From Azolla caroliniana (lineage: Eukaryota; Plantae; Polypodiophyta), in assembly GCA_043228905.1 (NCBI GenBank), contig JBHGNT010000144.1:3124-67123 (forward strand): a DNA stretch of 64,000 nt. The letters run 5' to 3'. Within the stretch, counting starts at the first letter, position 1, and each line of letters begins with the position of its first letter. Under the pieces are notes generated by a model. It did no database searches. It had not been told where the DNA came from and saw only the letters and a list, made by a program, of their open reading frames with translations. Both the position numbers and the translations under genes were made by a program. Shown here piece by piece: positions 1 through 12,424 of this stretch.

Positions 1-630
1 TGAATGAGTGACGGAGTCGAACGGACCAGTCGGAGGAAGAGCAGGCGAGTAGTGGAAACTCGATAGTGCAGTCCTCGTGCCAGAAATTGAGGAGACGGTT
101 TACGCACAAGGAGAAGGGGAAGATGAATATGCCGGAATATGGCACTGAGGCCGAACCATCGGATTGAAGTGAATCCAACATGGTCAAAAACAATGAAGAA
201 CCTCTGAAAACGGGGTCAAAGTCGACTGAAAGGGCCACGAAATCGGCGAACCAAAAGTTACGCCGATCCACCTGCTAGAAGAATCCTGTAATTCGGCACG
301 GGTATAATGAGTATATGGCACATCATTATGCATATATGGCAAAGATGGTAAATGTGCGTGAGCCGGAGAGCTACGCAGAAGCAGCGAAGCACGCGGATTG
401 GTGTGCCGCTATGGAGGAAGAGATGCACGCGCTAACGGAGAACGAGACTTGGGACCTGGTTGGCGCCCCCAAGGGTGTGAAGCCCATCAGATGCAGGTGG
501 GTGTACAAGGTCAAGTACAACGACGAAGGCTTGGTTAACCAATATAAGGCCTGATTAGTGGAAGGAGTACGCATAGAAACACGACATCGATTACGATGAG
601 AAGTTCGCGCCGGTCGTGAAGATGACTACT
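1..630 (+). mobile_element. Ty1/copia pol fragment (integrase-RT linker and RT start)
   Basis: ORF 315-554 reads EPESYAEA..W..AMEEEMHAL.ENETWDLV..P.GVKPI.C.WVYKVK. It closely resembles ORF 22992-23375(-), so it is the same family as the large host copia. It ends where a SINE-like repeat begins. Confidence 0.9.
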
Positions 631-741
631 GTCATGGGTTCAACCCTTACATTCCATAGTGGCATCTAGTGAAATAAGAGATATATATGGTAAGAGAGGT
701 GAGAAAAAGTTTCCTAGTAAACGACTTACTACTAGGGCTAA

Positions 742-773
<32 letters not shown>

Positions 774-785
774 CGTCCCTCTCCC
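631..785 (+). mobile_element. tRNA-like SINE-type repeat, 5'-truncated copy
   Basis: GTCATGGGTTCAACCCTTACATTCCATAGTGGCATCTAGTGAA matches copies at 914-1075 and 54795-55043(-). It is followed by (AG)n. Confidence 0.6.
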
Positions 786-913
786 TACATAGGCATATGA
801 TAGGTAGAGGAGACTACGAAGTGTTGTAACTAAGTGGATTTTACATACAATTAATATAATTGTGTGATTTTACCAACAACAAAAAAAAGCAAAGAGAGAG
901 AGAGAGAGAGAGA

Positions 914-1075
914 GCCTAGATGGATGTAACTTAATTGGTAAGGTTACCCAATGTAGACAAGGAGGTCATGGGTTTAAGCGTTACATTGCACAATGGCATC
1001 TAGTGAATTAAAAGATATGTATCAAGTAATAGAGGGGTGAGAAAATTGGGCGTAGTACTACTTGTAGGGTAAAAA
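914..1075 (+). mobile_element. tRNA-like SINE-type repeat
   Basis: Starts directly after (AG)n. Degenerate A-box TAACTTAATTGG and B-box GGTTTAAGC; homologous to 54795-55043(-). Confidence 0.6.
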
Positions 1076-1128
1076 GAAAGAGATGATAATGAATGATATT
1101 GGTCTAGTTATTATGGGAAGAAACGAGC

Positions 1129-4100
1129 ATGGCATGTTTACCCGACGAAGTCTGGATTGAAGCTCTTCGTGCTGGGGTACACAGAGGAGTTTTAGATCAC
1201 AGAGATCTCTGTTCCCTCTCCATTACAAGCCATGCCTTGAACAAACTCTGTGTGCTCCCCTCTCTCTGGAAGCCTTTATTTCAACGAGATTTCCCCCAAG
1301 AATATAACTCCGCATCCTCATCAGATTTCAAATCCAGATATCGATCAAGGTGAAGTATCTTCTTCGTTTATTTTCCTCTTTGAATGTCTTTCTTTGTCTT
1401 TTCAAATTACTTTGATTCTTTTTGGGCATAGCTTAAGCTTTAATCGTTCCCAAAAAATGGTGTCATGATTCATTAAGCCTAAATCCTTACAGAAAAGAAT
1501 GGACTTATTTCTCAAGAAGCTTAAATCCTTACTACAAGGAGTTATGTTATGGCCTACTTAGCCGAAATACTTCCAAACAGAATGATGTGTGATTCACTAA
1601 GCATAACTGTATAAAAAGGATGTCGTTTTGGTCCATTAAGATTAAATATTGATAACTATAACTGATGTTATGGTACATAACCAGCTTTGAGAAGATCAAG
1701 GCATCGAAAGTTGCCGCACACAGAAGGCATCTTCTTAGGATTCAGAGTGAAAGAGATGCTCACGAGAATGAATGCAAGGAGCTCGAAAGAGAGATTCAAG
1801 GGGAGAAGTTGAAGCTCTCAAACATTTTGCAGGATCTGAAAAATATCGAGCAAGCTCGGTAAGTACTTCTACTACTGTTTAAACAAGAAATAAGAGAGGG
1901 ATCTAGATGCGTCACTACCAAAAGTTCAAATTCACATCTAAAATACAACTTCAAGAAAGGATATCTTACTTCAAACAATGTTGAGACTCAAGAGGGATAA
2001 AAATGTTATACATTTACAAAATTTGCACCCATTCCAATGCAACCAAAGAAGCAACATCAATGTGCGTGTGTGTGTGAGAGAGAGATTTTATTATCGTCTT
2101 CTGAGGTCAAATATTGCCAATGAGACCAAAAAGATAACATTTTCATGTAATTCGTGTGAAAACGAGTAGTGATTCTTGATGTTCAAGAATTTCACTAATG
2201 AATGTCACAATTGAGAATGCACATATTTGAGGTTGGTTGGTGTGGTGGAACAAGGCCATGTCAAAGTTTAACAAGGAATAGAGAGAGAAAGAAAGATATA
2301 CTAATGTCTAGTATGGAAAAAAACTGGACTATGACACAAATCATGGTTTTATAAATGGGTGAATCCATGTCATCCATACTGAAACAGAAAGAAAAGATTT
2401 AGGTTTCCTAAAGCTCCACGATCTTGATTTTAATGCATTGGTGGAATGATTTTGGAGATTTTTTACAAGCATTAAGTGCATAACTAATATGTACGGAGGC
2501 AATGATCCCCATGCGCCTTATATCCTAGGAGTCTCAGTCTCTGGGGTCGTCAACAATCCGCTGCTTGCTCTATAGTGACTCCTTTGTATGTTGTCAAAGA
2601 AGGTCTGGCGCTATGGAAGAAATTAGTGATGGGTGATTACTGTTGCATACCGTGTGCTAGTATAGTGCTGATTCTCTATGGTTTTAAAGCTTGAGCAAGA
2701 TTTTCTCTATGTGTCATGTCAGCCTTCTCCATAATTTGTCAAGTGGTGGTGGAGTTCATGTAGAGGATGGCATGCATCTTTCTGATCTGCTTGTACGTTG
2801 GGCATGTACACAACATGCTCCTTGCAATCAATCTCTCCTTCACGTAATTTGCAAAAGGCTTCAGCTCTAGTTTTGCGAAGTGCTCATCTTACTATGATCT
2901 CTAGTCGATGGGAGGAAACTCTTTGTTGGCATGTTGATTTGGGAGCATTATAGGCCACGTGGATGGTCAAGCACCAAGGTGTCTATGAATCCATCTTTTG
3001 AGAAATTTATGAAATGATTTTTGTAGTAGGCCATCTTTGGAGGAAGAGGCTCTCTTGGTGTAATGCAAGTCTTTTGGAGAGGCAGGATACCCTTTTTCTA
3101 TAAAAATGAGTTGACAGCTGAGTGGGCTCCCTCCCTTATTAGACAATAGGTTGGCAGTAGGCTGTCACCATTATTACAGAATAGGTGGGACAGAATAAGG
3201 GACACATTTATGACAGAATAGGTGGCACAAAATAAGAGGCAACTCGGGCTTTTATCCCAAGGTTGACTTTCCTGGAAAATATTGACACCGAACGTACAGG
3301 ATAACTGATGTTTACTGGTCTTCCACTCGTTTTATATTCCCCCAAGCATTCATACCTCTGCCTCACTATACTGATTGTCATCTCATTCAAACAATAAGAA
3401 AAACTCCTTAAACACCCCAAGATTTTAAATATTTTCCAATAAACCCCTTTGTAATAGTGAAATCTGTACTGTAGATTTTGTAAATTCAGGGTTATTTTGA
3501 TAAAAAAAACCATCAAGTTAAGCGTAGTTAAGTGATTCCCCCTTCCTTTTATGCTATGTTAATGTTTCTAGCTAAAAATGATAAAGAGAATGTAGCAGGT
3601 GCCATAACTTGTATTCGTTCAAACCTTTGACAATTCATTGGAAATGATAAGATGGAATGAAGGTATAAGTTCTTTCCAATTAATGCAGTTTTTGGTGTGT
3701 TTTTATTCAGGATGTCTTCTGTAGCTTTAAGGATGTGGCAACCTCAAATGGTGTGCACAATGCAGCAACAACTAGTTGAGCAGCATCCAATAGATTCACA
3801 GTTCCGGAAAAACTCTCTTGAAATGGAAGCCAAAATCTGCAAAGAAGAAATACGAAGATGTTGCAGAAAGATCGTAAGTTTTCTCATGCTTGTGTTTCAA
3901 TTCTGCCTTTAGTTTTTAAAAAAAATAAAATATAGAATCATAGATTAATACATTATGTTGTTTGAGAGTCAAAACACCAAAACAGCTCTTAACATGTTGG
4001 ATATTTACCAAAGAATACCTTTTTAGTTTCAAAAACAGACAAGAATAATGTTTCGTATACTGATAAGTATGGAGCTGGGATATTAGGTTAAATATTGAAA

Positions 4101-4644
4101 ACTTTTGAGTATTCTGTTAACCAAAATATATACCTCATTGGATTTATTGGAGTGTCAAAGATTTAAAAAGCCTTAGTTAACTGTTGAAACTCTTATTTTA
4201 ACCTAATTTTTTTTTCAATATCCTGTATTTATGGTAGGAGAGACTAAAATTACACCATTTAATAATTTACTTGAATGATTCTGAGTGTGATGTGGTGCTT
4301 AGTGTTTCTGCATCATCCTTGACACTCTTTTGGATGCATTAATAATTGTTGTAGTTATTGCTATATGAAATATGAGGCAAGGATGCAATATGTATTCTCT
4401 ATCTTGCTTTGTTTTGAATAGTATTTAGATTTCATTTCTTCTAGTCTTATGAACATTTATAGCATTTTCATGTATTGATGAAGTTTGTATAACGTTTGTT
4501 ATATTGAAGGACCGAAAGAAGCAAATCATTGAAAAGATAGAGAAAGATTTGGAGTACTTGATGTATAATCCTCTACAAGATTCTCATGAAAGCTTACCAA
4601 GAAATAGGCTAAAGAGGTCAAAGGCACATAATACTAAATGTTAA
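1129..4644 (+). CDS. SKIP24: F-box protein, SKIP24-like (4 exons: 1129-1349, 1685-1858, 3711-3873, 4510-4644; 230 aa)
   Basis: N-terminal F-box LPDEVW...DLCSLSITS...LW, coiled-coil middle, VAL.MWQPQMV..QQQLVEQ and LEME.K.C motifs, and C-terminal LMYNPL, as in plant SKIP24. All introns are GT-AG and the exons join in frame (693 nt). Confidence 0.85.
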
Positions 4645-4982
4645 AACAGTTAGTATGTTCTTACTTTGTACAAAGTTGTTAATTCGAATGTTTCACATAA
4701 TTGTATCTCTAGATATTGTTTTTCTCTTAATGAAAATGCATTTTCTACTGGTATTATATGTCAAGTTCCATTGCCTGTAGTCTCTATATATTATGTGATA
4801 ATTGGTTTACGTCTCAAGCAGCTAAAAGTAGAATCTATGAGCATGTATATACCATGTTTTCCACTAATTTGATAGGGATGTTTCGTATGGAGTAGATAAA
4901 ACTAGAACCCTAACAACATTTAAGTTAGGGGAATGGTAATTAATTAGTATAGTGTGAAAGACAAATGTGCAATATTGTTATT

Positions 4983-5065
4983 GAAACTTAATTGATTACC
5001 TTGAAATGAAACTTAATTGATTGCCTTGAAATGAAACATAATTGATTACCTTGAAATGAAACATT
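4983..5065. repeat. Tandem repeat, about 25 bp x3
   Basis: TTGAAATGAAACTTAATTGATTACC repeated with small variants. Confidence 0.8.
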
Positions 5066-5499
5066 ATGTTATGAGGGTAGAGAATTGTGTACAATCCAAT
5101 GTTTTGTTTCTGTCAGTATTTTGAAACTTATTCGTTGTATTTCAATTTCTACTCTTTCACTAATTAAGTAGTAGGCGTAATTTGTTAAGAGTAAAAGAAA
5201 AATGTTTGAACCCAAGATGAAAACATGTTGGGTTCATTACACTTTGATTTTACATTTACTTGTTTACATAGAGCTATTCTTATTGCGGATGTGTAACGTT
5301 GGCAATTAAAATATGCCAAATTTAACTTGTGCTTTGGATCTTGTCCATAGTAAGAAACAAGAAAATAAAACCAGTTTAAAATTCCCATATGAGAATTAAT
5401 TAAACTTACCTTTGTTACTAATTACCATAGAAAAACCAAGAAAATAAAATATTTCTTATTTTTTATCTCTTCATAATATTATCTATACAACAAGAAATT

Positions 5500-6575
5500 G
5501 ATGTCATTTAACCATGGTTGACCCTCAAGGAGCCACCATGAGTAGTTGAAGCCTCACCTTCCGGTCCACAGTCTTATACTTTGTGTCGACATGGGCGGTC
5601 CGACTTGCCTTGACCATTTGGAAAGATGTTAAGTGCTATGTCACCTTCGTGATTTTCAAATTTTTCATGTGTCCACAATTACCTATTCTTGAGAGTACAA
5701 GATGCACCAGTACCTAGTCAGGTAGGTTATTAGAGTTATATCAAGGGAGCTCAAGAAATAACTCTAGTAACACATGAGCCTTACTTTCTTCATTGAAGTT
5801 GTTGTATAGGCTCATGTCGATGAAGCATCGCATGTATGCAGTCTTCTTCATATGCATTACTTCCCAGGTCATGGCATCAATTTTGTCTGGTTTCTTGTCC
5901 CCGAATTGTACCGACAACTAGAGATCTTTAGCCACGAGCATGTCCCTCATCTTCGACTTCCACATTGGGTAGTTGGAGTCGGTGGGCTTGAACATGCTTA
6001 CAAATGACTCTTCCATTTGTTGTTCGATCTGATACCAGATTGTACGGAAATAGTGCTCGGCCACAACCGAGTCTCAATGACACAATGGAAGATACAGAAA
6101 ACAAAAATGAGACAACACAGTATGTTAACGTGGAAAACCCTAAGAGGGAAAAACCACGGGAGCCCACAAACTCCAACTATCACTATGAGAAGAAAAATAC
6201 AATGGGAGACTTGGAGGCAACGACCTCGAGCTATGTCTTCGCCAACCGGCGGTTACAACAGAAAAACTTTTTGTGTCTCACACACTATATCTCTCTCTCT
6301 ATGTCTGTACAACAATAAGAATAACAACCTCTATGTAAAACACTATTTGCCCTAGTTATATTTATACTCATATAACTTATGGACTATTTACAAATATGAC
6401 CTCAATGGTCACGTCTAAAAATATTTACAAAATGTTCCTACTTCCTGGTTCATACCGGATCTGGCTAGACTCCTTCGGGATCCATCTTATCCGATTTCCG
6501 GGCACCCTCCGGTTCCATCTGGTCTAATTCCTTTGGCTCCTTCGGCTCTCATCCGGAGGGACTTATTTCCTAACA
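5500..6575 (-). mobile_element. Truncated Ty1/copia 5' end: LTR (6041-6575), tRNA-iMet PBS, gag start
   Basis: Minus strand reads TGTTAGGAAA...TACA, then ATC TGGTATCAGA (PBS), then MEESFVSMFKPTDSNYPMWKSKMRDML (copia gag N-terminus). The LTR is similar to 39875-40355 and related to 28938-29745. The left boundary is approximate. Confidence 0.8.
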
Positions 6576-6576
6576 A

Positions 6577-7075
6577 ACATATGATGATGAATCATTTAGG
6601 TTCAAACAACTTGAGAAGATGGTGAAAGATTTTGCACAGTTGACGACTGTATCCTTATGGAGAATTATCGTATTCCATAGGATGGACCAAGGATACCCTG
6701 TAGCACACTCCTTGAGATCTTGTTGCCATGGGATACAAAACCTTGTTTGGTAAGGAATATTTATCTTACATAGAGAATTTTGATTTACCCATCAATGAAT
6801 TCTAGCTAATATTGATATTTGTCATTTGAAATGTTCTCCAATGAAAGAGATTGGATATTGTATTTGTTCTCTGGCTCAGGTAGATTATTATAGCTTTGTT
6901 TGCTATGCCTTTAGAAATCAATATAGTTTATATTTAGCTAAAGCAATCTTCATTTTAAATTGTTAATAGGTACTACATCTACATCTACATTGAAGCTATA
7001 TAGGAATATTATTGAATGAGAAAAGAATGACGAGCAACTGAGTTTCATTAACATGAGGATTAGAGCCTTAACATT
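6577..7075 (+). pseudogene. Relic of a spliced beta-class N6A/N4C DNA methyltransferase (second copy of the cargo gene at 12425-15300)
   Basis: TYDDESFRFKQLEKMVKDFAQLTTVSLWRIIVFH...NLVW|GT, then MFSNERDWILYLFSGSG|GT..AG|TTSTSTLKLYRN...QLSFINMRI. Aligns with 14400-15145 and has the same intron positions; most of the middle exon is deleted. Confidence 0.85.
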
Positions 7076-9791
7076 TTCAACCTATTCCTCCATTAACTGG
7101 GGAATACACACACATCTCCCAAATACATGTATATATTAAAACAAACAAATAATAAATAAGGGGCAGTGGCCTAGTGGTTAGGGCCATTAAGTGTAGACTG
7201 AGGGGTGCAGAGTAACCAAGGGTGATTCAAGGAGCATTTTATTCCCTTGGCACAAAAGAATAGGTGCCTCATTTCATCTAGATAAAAATGGGAGAAGATG
7301 GCTTATTTTAGGTCGACCATTTTATTCACTTTGCTTTTGGGCCAAGGAAATATTAAATTCATTAAATGTCAAATATAAACGCCTTATTTCCTCTATAAAA
7401 AGGGGAGAAGAGAGCTTATTTCGGGTTGGCCATTTTGGTGTTTGGGGGTTGACAGTTAGGGTTTTTGGGTTTCTTCTTCTTCTTCTTCTTCTTTTCTATG
7501 GTTTGTGGTCCCTCATCTTTGTTTGGAGGTGCACTATTAGGGTTTCCTTACTTATCTTTTCTTCTACTTCCTCTAGGGTTTAGGGTTAAGGAGTTCTTTC
7601 CCATTTTCTTCTTCTTCGTTTTAGGGCTTTGTGTTTTCCTACGAGAGGACTTAGGGTTGAGTTTGCCTACATCTTCTCTCTTAGTTGGGAAGTATAAAAG
7701 AATACGATTGCGGAAGCTAAGACAAAACCGGCTCGTCTAGATAACAAAAGAATACAGACACAGGTTTAATGGAAACCTTACACGGGAGAGACAAAGAAAT
7801 CGTGTATATTCCAAACTACTAAAAACTCTCTGTACATACAATGTGCTCTATGAGCACTTCTGTACAAGTCCTTAAAAGGACTGACAGAAGTACTGACAAG
7901 TACTTCAACGCTCATACGAGCAACTGACACCAACTCCTAAAAACATGCCTACGTACTAGGCTAGATTCGTAGGTCTCTAACGGCCTACAGGTTACAATCT
8001 GATCCGGTTCTAGGTTTCGGATAACATCCAGATACCGATCCGGTTCTTCGTTCTAGACTCTGATCCGGCTCTGACTTGTTCAGCCAATCCAGATCCGGTT
8101 GAGGTCAACTTGAGGTAAGATCCGTTCAAGACTCCCCCTCAAGCTCAACTTGACGTTAGATTGTAGTGTTAGTGTTTGTGGTAGTTGGTCCTCTCCTCCG
8201 ACTCCCTCTGGCGTTCTCCCACCTGGCTCGCGCTCCTTGTCCGGTCCGGTTCTGCTTACCACGACAAGTTTGGTTCCGCGCATCTTGGCTTTCTCAGTCG
8301 GCTTGTTTGTTCCCTTGGCCCTTATCAGCTCCCTTGCTGGCATCCCTTGACCCATTGGTTCCTCCGTCTCGGCGTCGGCTTAGGTTGCCCTTTTGTCTGC
8401 TTGGCCCATCGTAGATTCGGCTCAACTAAATCGATCATTTCAATTGAATCGGGTACATCAGATTCATTTTTGCTCTCGTCTGAATCGGTCGTCTCCGATT
8501 CGTCTTCAACTCCCAGAACTTTCACGACATCGGCCCACATCTATATCTCAGTCTTTCCAGCTCTGCCTCCCCCATTTTTGGTTGGTTCCGGTTTGGATTT
8601 TCCGTTCCAGTGGCTCCCCATGCATCTAGTCTTAGCTTTCTCGGCCGACCCGTGCACTCCGGCTTCTTTAGTTGGCCCGAAGTCGAAATCAATATTCGAC
8701 TCGGTCATCTTCCTCATTCCTCCCCCTCAAGTTCGACATATCGAGGTATTGCACACCTAGTACACCGGAAAATTGTTGCAACTTGTCTAAGCCAAATGGT
8801 TTGGTGAAGATATTGACTACCTACCGATCCGTCAAAACATGCGGCAGTTCCACTTCACCAGAGAGAACACCATCTCGAACAAAATGGTAGTGCACCTCAA
8901 TGTGCTTTGTTTGGGCGTGAAAGACGAGGTTCTTCGCCAACTGGATGTTGTTGAGGTTGTCTCAGTAGATCACAACGGGATTGGACACCTCGACACGTAG
9001 ATCCTTGATTACCTTTTTAGCCATATGGCTTCGCATGTTGCGATAACCACTCCTCGGTGCTCGATAGTGCTAATGTCGGCTGCTTTTTACTGCTCCAAGC
9101 GACCACGACGCTTCCAAGTGAGAATGCATATCTAGATATAGACCTGCGGTCGTCGACATTTCCGGCCCACTCGATATTCGTATAGCCGACTCGTTCTTCG
9201 ATTGTATTGGCTCGATATAGCAACCCCCTGTCCTTAGTGCCGCTAACATACTTGAGTATTCGGTGCGCGCATTGAAGGTGCTACACGGTTAGATGCGCAA
9301 TAAATTAACTAATAAGTCCGACCGGATAACTGAGGTTCGGCTGGGTGATGGTCAGATATATGAGGCTTTCGACTATTTGTCGAAACCTTTTAGGGTCGCA
9401 TGTCGTTTCGGAGTTGGGGCAGACCTTCACATTCCTATCCAAAGGAGTTGAGACGTACTTGCATTCCGTCATACCGAATATGAAGAGCATACTCAAAACA
9501 CAGGGTCATTTGAAACATGTAATATGTCACAATTTAAGAACAGTCCATCCTAAAAAGGCACAAAGTAGGTCATTTCACAAAAAGGACCATCGCATGCATA
9601 AAGGGTTTTGGAAATTGAATCAAAATATATTGATTTATACTATGTCCAAAATATAGGGCTTTCAAAAAATGCCCCTAATAATCGACACGTGAAATTTACA
9701 AGAGAACGTACAAAAATTACAAAAGGACTAACATGTATATTTATACATATTTGTGAATCACCATATTGATGTAACATACAATATTTACATT

Positions 9792-12050
9792 TCATATATG
9801 AGATCCATCACTTCCTAGATATACGCCTTCCCCTTCAGACCCACCCGATGAACTAGAAGAGCTTTGTGAGGTTTCGTCCTTATCATCACTAGCAACCAAT
9901 GCATTGTCTTCATCCAATTGCAATCCAACATCACTCCTTGTTCGTCTTTGTGTTGCGTCAATTGGCACATATGGGATCTTCTCTTTTATTATCTTGATTG
10001 TAGTCTGTCTTAGATGGCATGTTTTGGTCAAGGAGAAGTCATACACGAGTATGTCGACATTATCAAGTGCTAGAGTAGACGTGCTTGGTAGATTCTTTCT
10101 TCTTCGCTTTCCACTTGTGCCTTCGACATCCTTAACCATCTCTAAAGAGTACTTCCCAATAAATGCGTCTTTGGAAGAGGTATGATACCAATGAACCATA
10201 ATAGACATTACTTGATTGCCTTTATCATCCTTAATAATTTCAATGATTTTGGCAATCCTAAAGGGATGGTCCAACTTATCACCCCCAACTAATGTTTTAA
10301 CCAACATACCAACTTGTAGCTCATGTAGATTGCCTTGTCACCTCGCCTCTGCAACTTGTGATAATCTTGGTCCCACGTAAATATCTCTTTGTCGTAGACG
10401 AACTAGATTATTCAATTCAAGATTATCTAGTGATTGTAAAGCAGTCGTGCTTGCCATTGATGGGCCACCAAGCGCCCATTCGAATTGATTTTGTAGTGGC
10501 CAGTACCCTGTAAAGTGGTTATCTAATAATATTGCATGTTGATGATTAAAGAAGACATCCCACCAATCCACATCTTGATCACCAACGTACTTTTTGATTC
10601 GCTCAATTTTTTTTTGTTTTTCCTCAAGGCACCGCATCCAATATATCTTTTGCTCTTCAATTGAACTACCAACAACCAATCTTTTATGGTCGTCATAGGG
10701 CATTTGCTCAACACCATAGATTATTGCATTTGGGAAATGCAATAAGAGCCTACATCCTTCTTGTGGCTCCCATTGTGAACTAGATCAGTATTGTTTGGCA
10801 TATAACATGGTCTGGTTGTGATCGACCATACTTTTTTAGATGAGGAAGACGTGGTTAAAACTTATATTATTAAGCGGAGCAAGAACCCTACAGCTAGTCC
10901 CATCACCATCGAAACAAAAGCGCTTGAAATCATATACTTCATCTAAATGTTGCACATTTGGCTTGGGGGTATAAGCCTTAATGATCAACCTTGATAGCAC
11001 AAGAAGTGTGAAAGCATCACACCTCGCTAATTTCTTGGAGAACCTACTACACATTTGATCTATGTGATCATGTGTATGACCAACTAGCAAGAAGTTGACC
11101 TTAATCTTTTTGAAAATACCCTTGTCTACTAACATGCTCAGCTAACCAAACACAATTGTGTTCTTGTTTTCTTTCGTCGTGTTGTCAAGTTGCACGTATC
11201 GTACTGGTGGGAGTAAAACTTGCCAACTCTGTAGAACTCTTTGCATGACTGTAACTATAAGATTAGGGTCGTTGTTGGATATTTGGATAAGTTAAGAACA
11301 CTTGAGGCCTTATGGTCTGACAATACAAAAGACATCCTACTAAGTGCATCTGCACTAGGCATTCATCTCCAATGTCCTTTGGCAACCTTGCAAAATGTGG
11401 CAAACAAGTTTCCTTCTGATCCATCCCATCTATAATCAAGCACATGTATCTTTTTGGCAATTGAAGCGCTTTTTGACGATGGTGCATAGGTTTAGATATT
11501 TCCAACGCTTGGCTTTCTCGATGTTCTCTCAATAAAGTCTTATATTTTGTTATTTCTTCATCTGTTGTCCCACTCTTTGCGAAGCTTTTTAAACTTGCGT
11601 AGATCGAACAAACACCCATCCAGACCTTGCAGGGTATGACCACATTGTTAAACTACGATCTTCATAAACGATTAAAATGTCGATATTGTATATAAGGTAC
11701 ACTTTCCAATAACATGTCATCCTTATAGGCTTGGTATACCTCACGACGAGCGAAGTTATCTGACAAATGCAACCTTCTAGTGGTGGGCATAACATCACAT
11801 TGCTTCGAGAAATAAATCTCCATCCATCTAACAACATGTCACCCAATCAGGCCCTTACATGGAGATTCTGAATTGTTGAAAGGCACCCACCACCCCTTCA
11901 ATAATCGATGTTGAATTCTCTGTAGCCTCATGTTCCCGATGCTATAAGCAATTTTAAAAGCAACTTGATAACTCTTCGTAGTAAGTGAAAGGTAATATTC
12001 CACATGATGGTCCTTAACAAGTTGCATATTGGCAATCAAGAATGTATCTT
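9792..12050 (-). pseudogene. DDD transposase (Sola-like / DUF7869-type), frameshifted
   Basis: Colinear ORF pieces 11839-12039, 11589-11846, 11263-11643, 10836-11135, 10338-10742 and 9792-10307. Catalytic-type motifs LIIDGMDQ, YVQLDNTTKENKN (about 11160-11200) and FLLVGHTHDHIDQM. Confidence 0.8.
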
Positions 12051-12071
12051 GTTCGTCACTTTTTCAAAAGA

Positions 12072-12230
12072 AACTCAATGCACTACATCGAGTTCCTGTT
12101 GAAAGAGTGTCCCTTTCAATGAGAACTCGATGCAGTGCATGGAGTTCCTGACCCTTTCAATGAGATTTTGAGTTCTCGTTGAAAGGGTACCTTAGTTTAG
12201 ATGGGCTATATTGTTCCCGTTGAAAAATGG
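12072..12230. repeat. Hairpin and iterated ~16-bp motif between the two divergent transposon genes
   Basis: 34-bp stem AACTCAATGCACTACATCGAGTTCCTGTTGAAAG / CTTTCAATGAGAACTCGATGCAGTGCATGGAGTT. The motif GAGTTCYYRTTGAAAG recurs about 5 times in both orientations. Confidence 0.75.
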
Positions 12231-12424
12231 GCTTTTCATGATCAATAGATCAGATTTGGTCAAATTTTTTGCAGTTGTTTTTTGGTCTATTTCTTCAAGT
12301 TTTTTATGTAACATTCTATACAAAAACGTATGATTCTCGCTAATTTTTACCTTAGTTTAGAGGTCTATATTGTTTATTATTAAGATTATTGTTATATCCT
12401 TGTGTCATGACTTGTTGTTTTCAG

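Noticed and set aside
2400-3530. Possible LINE and MITE remnants in F-box intron 2
   Set aside because: No recognisable motif, TIR pair or TSD could be fixed by eye.
7440-7692. Telomere-like TAGGGTTT motifs (similar composition at 35168-35320)
   Set aside because: Scattered rather than tandem; probably an older repeat split by the host copia. Its termini could not be defined.
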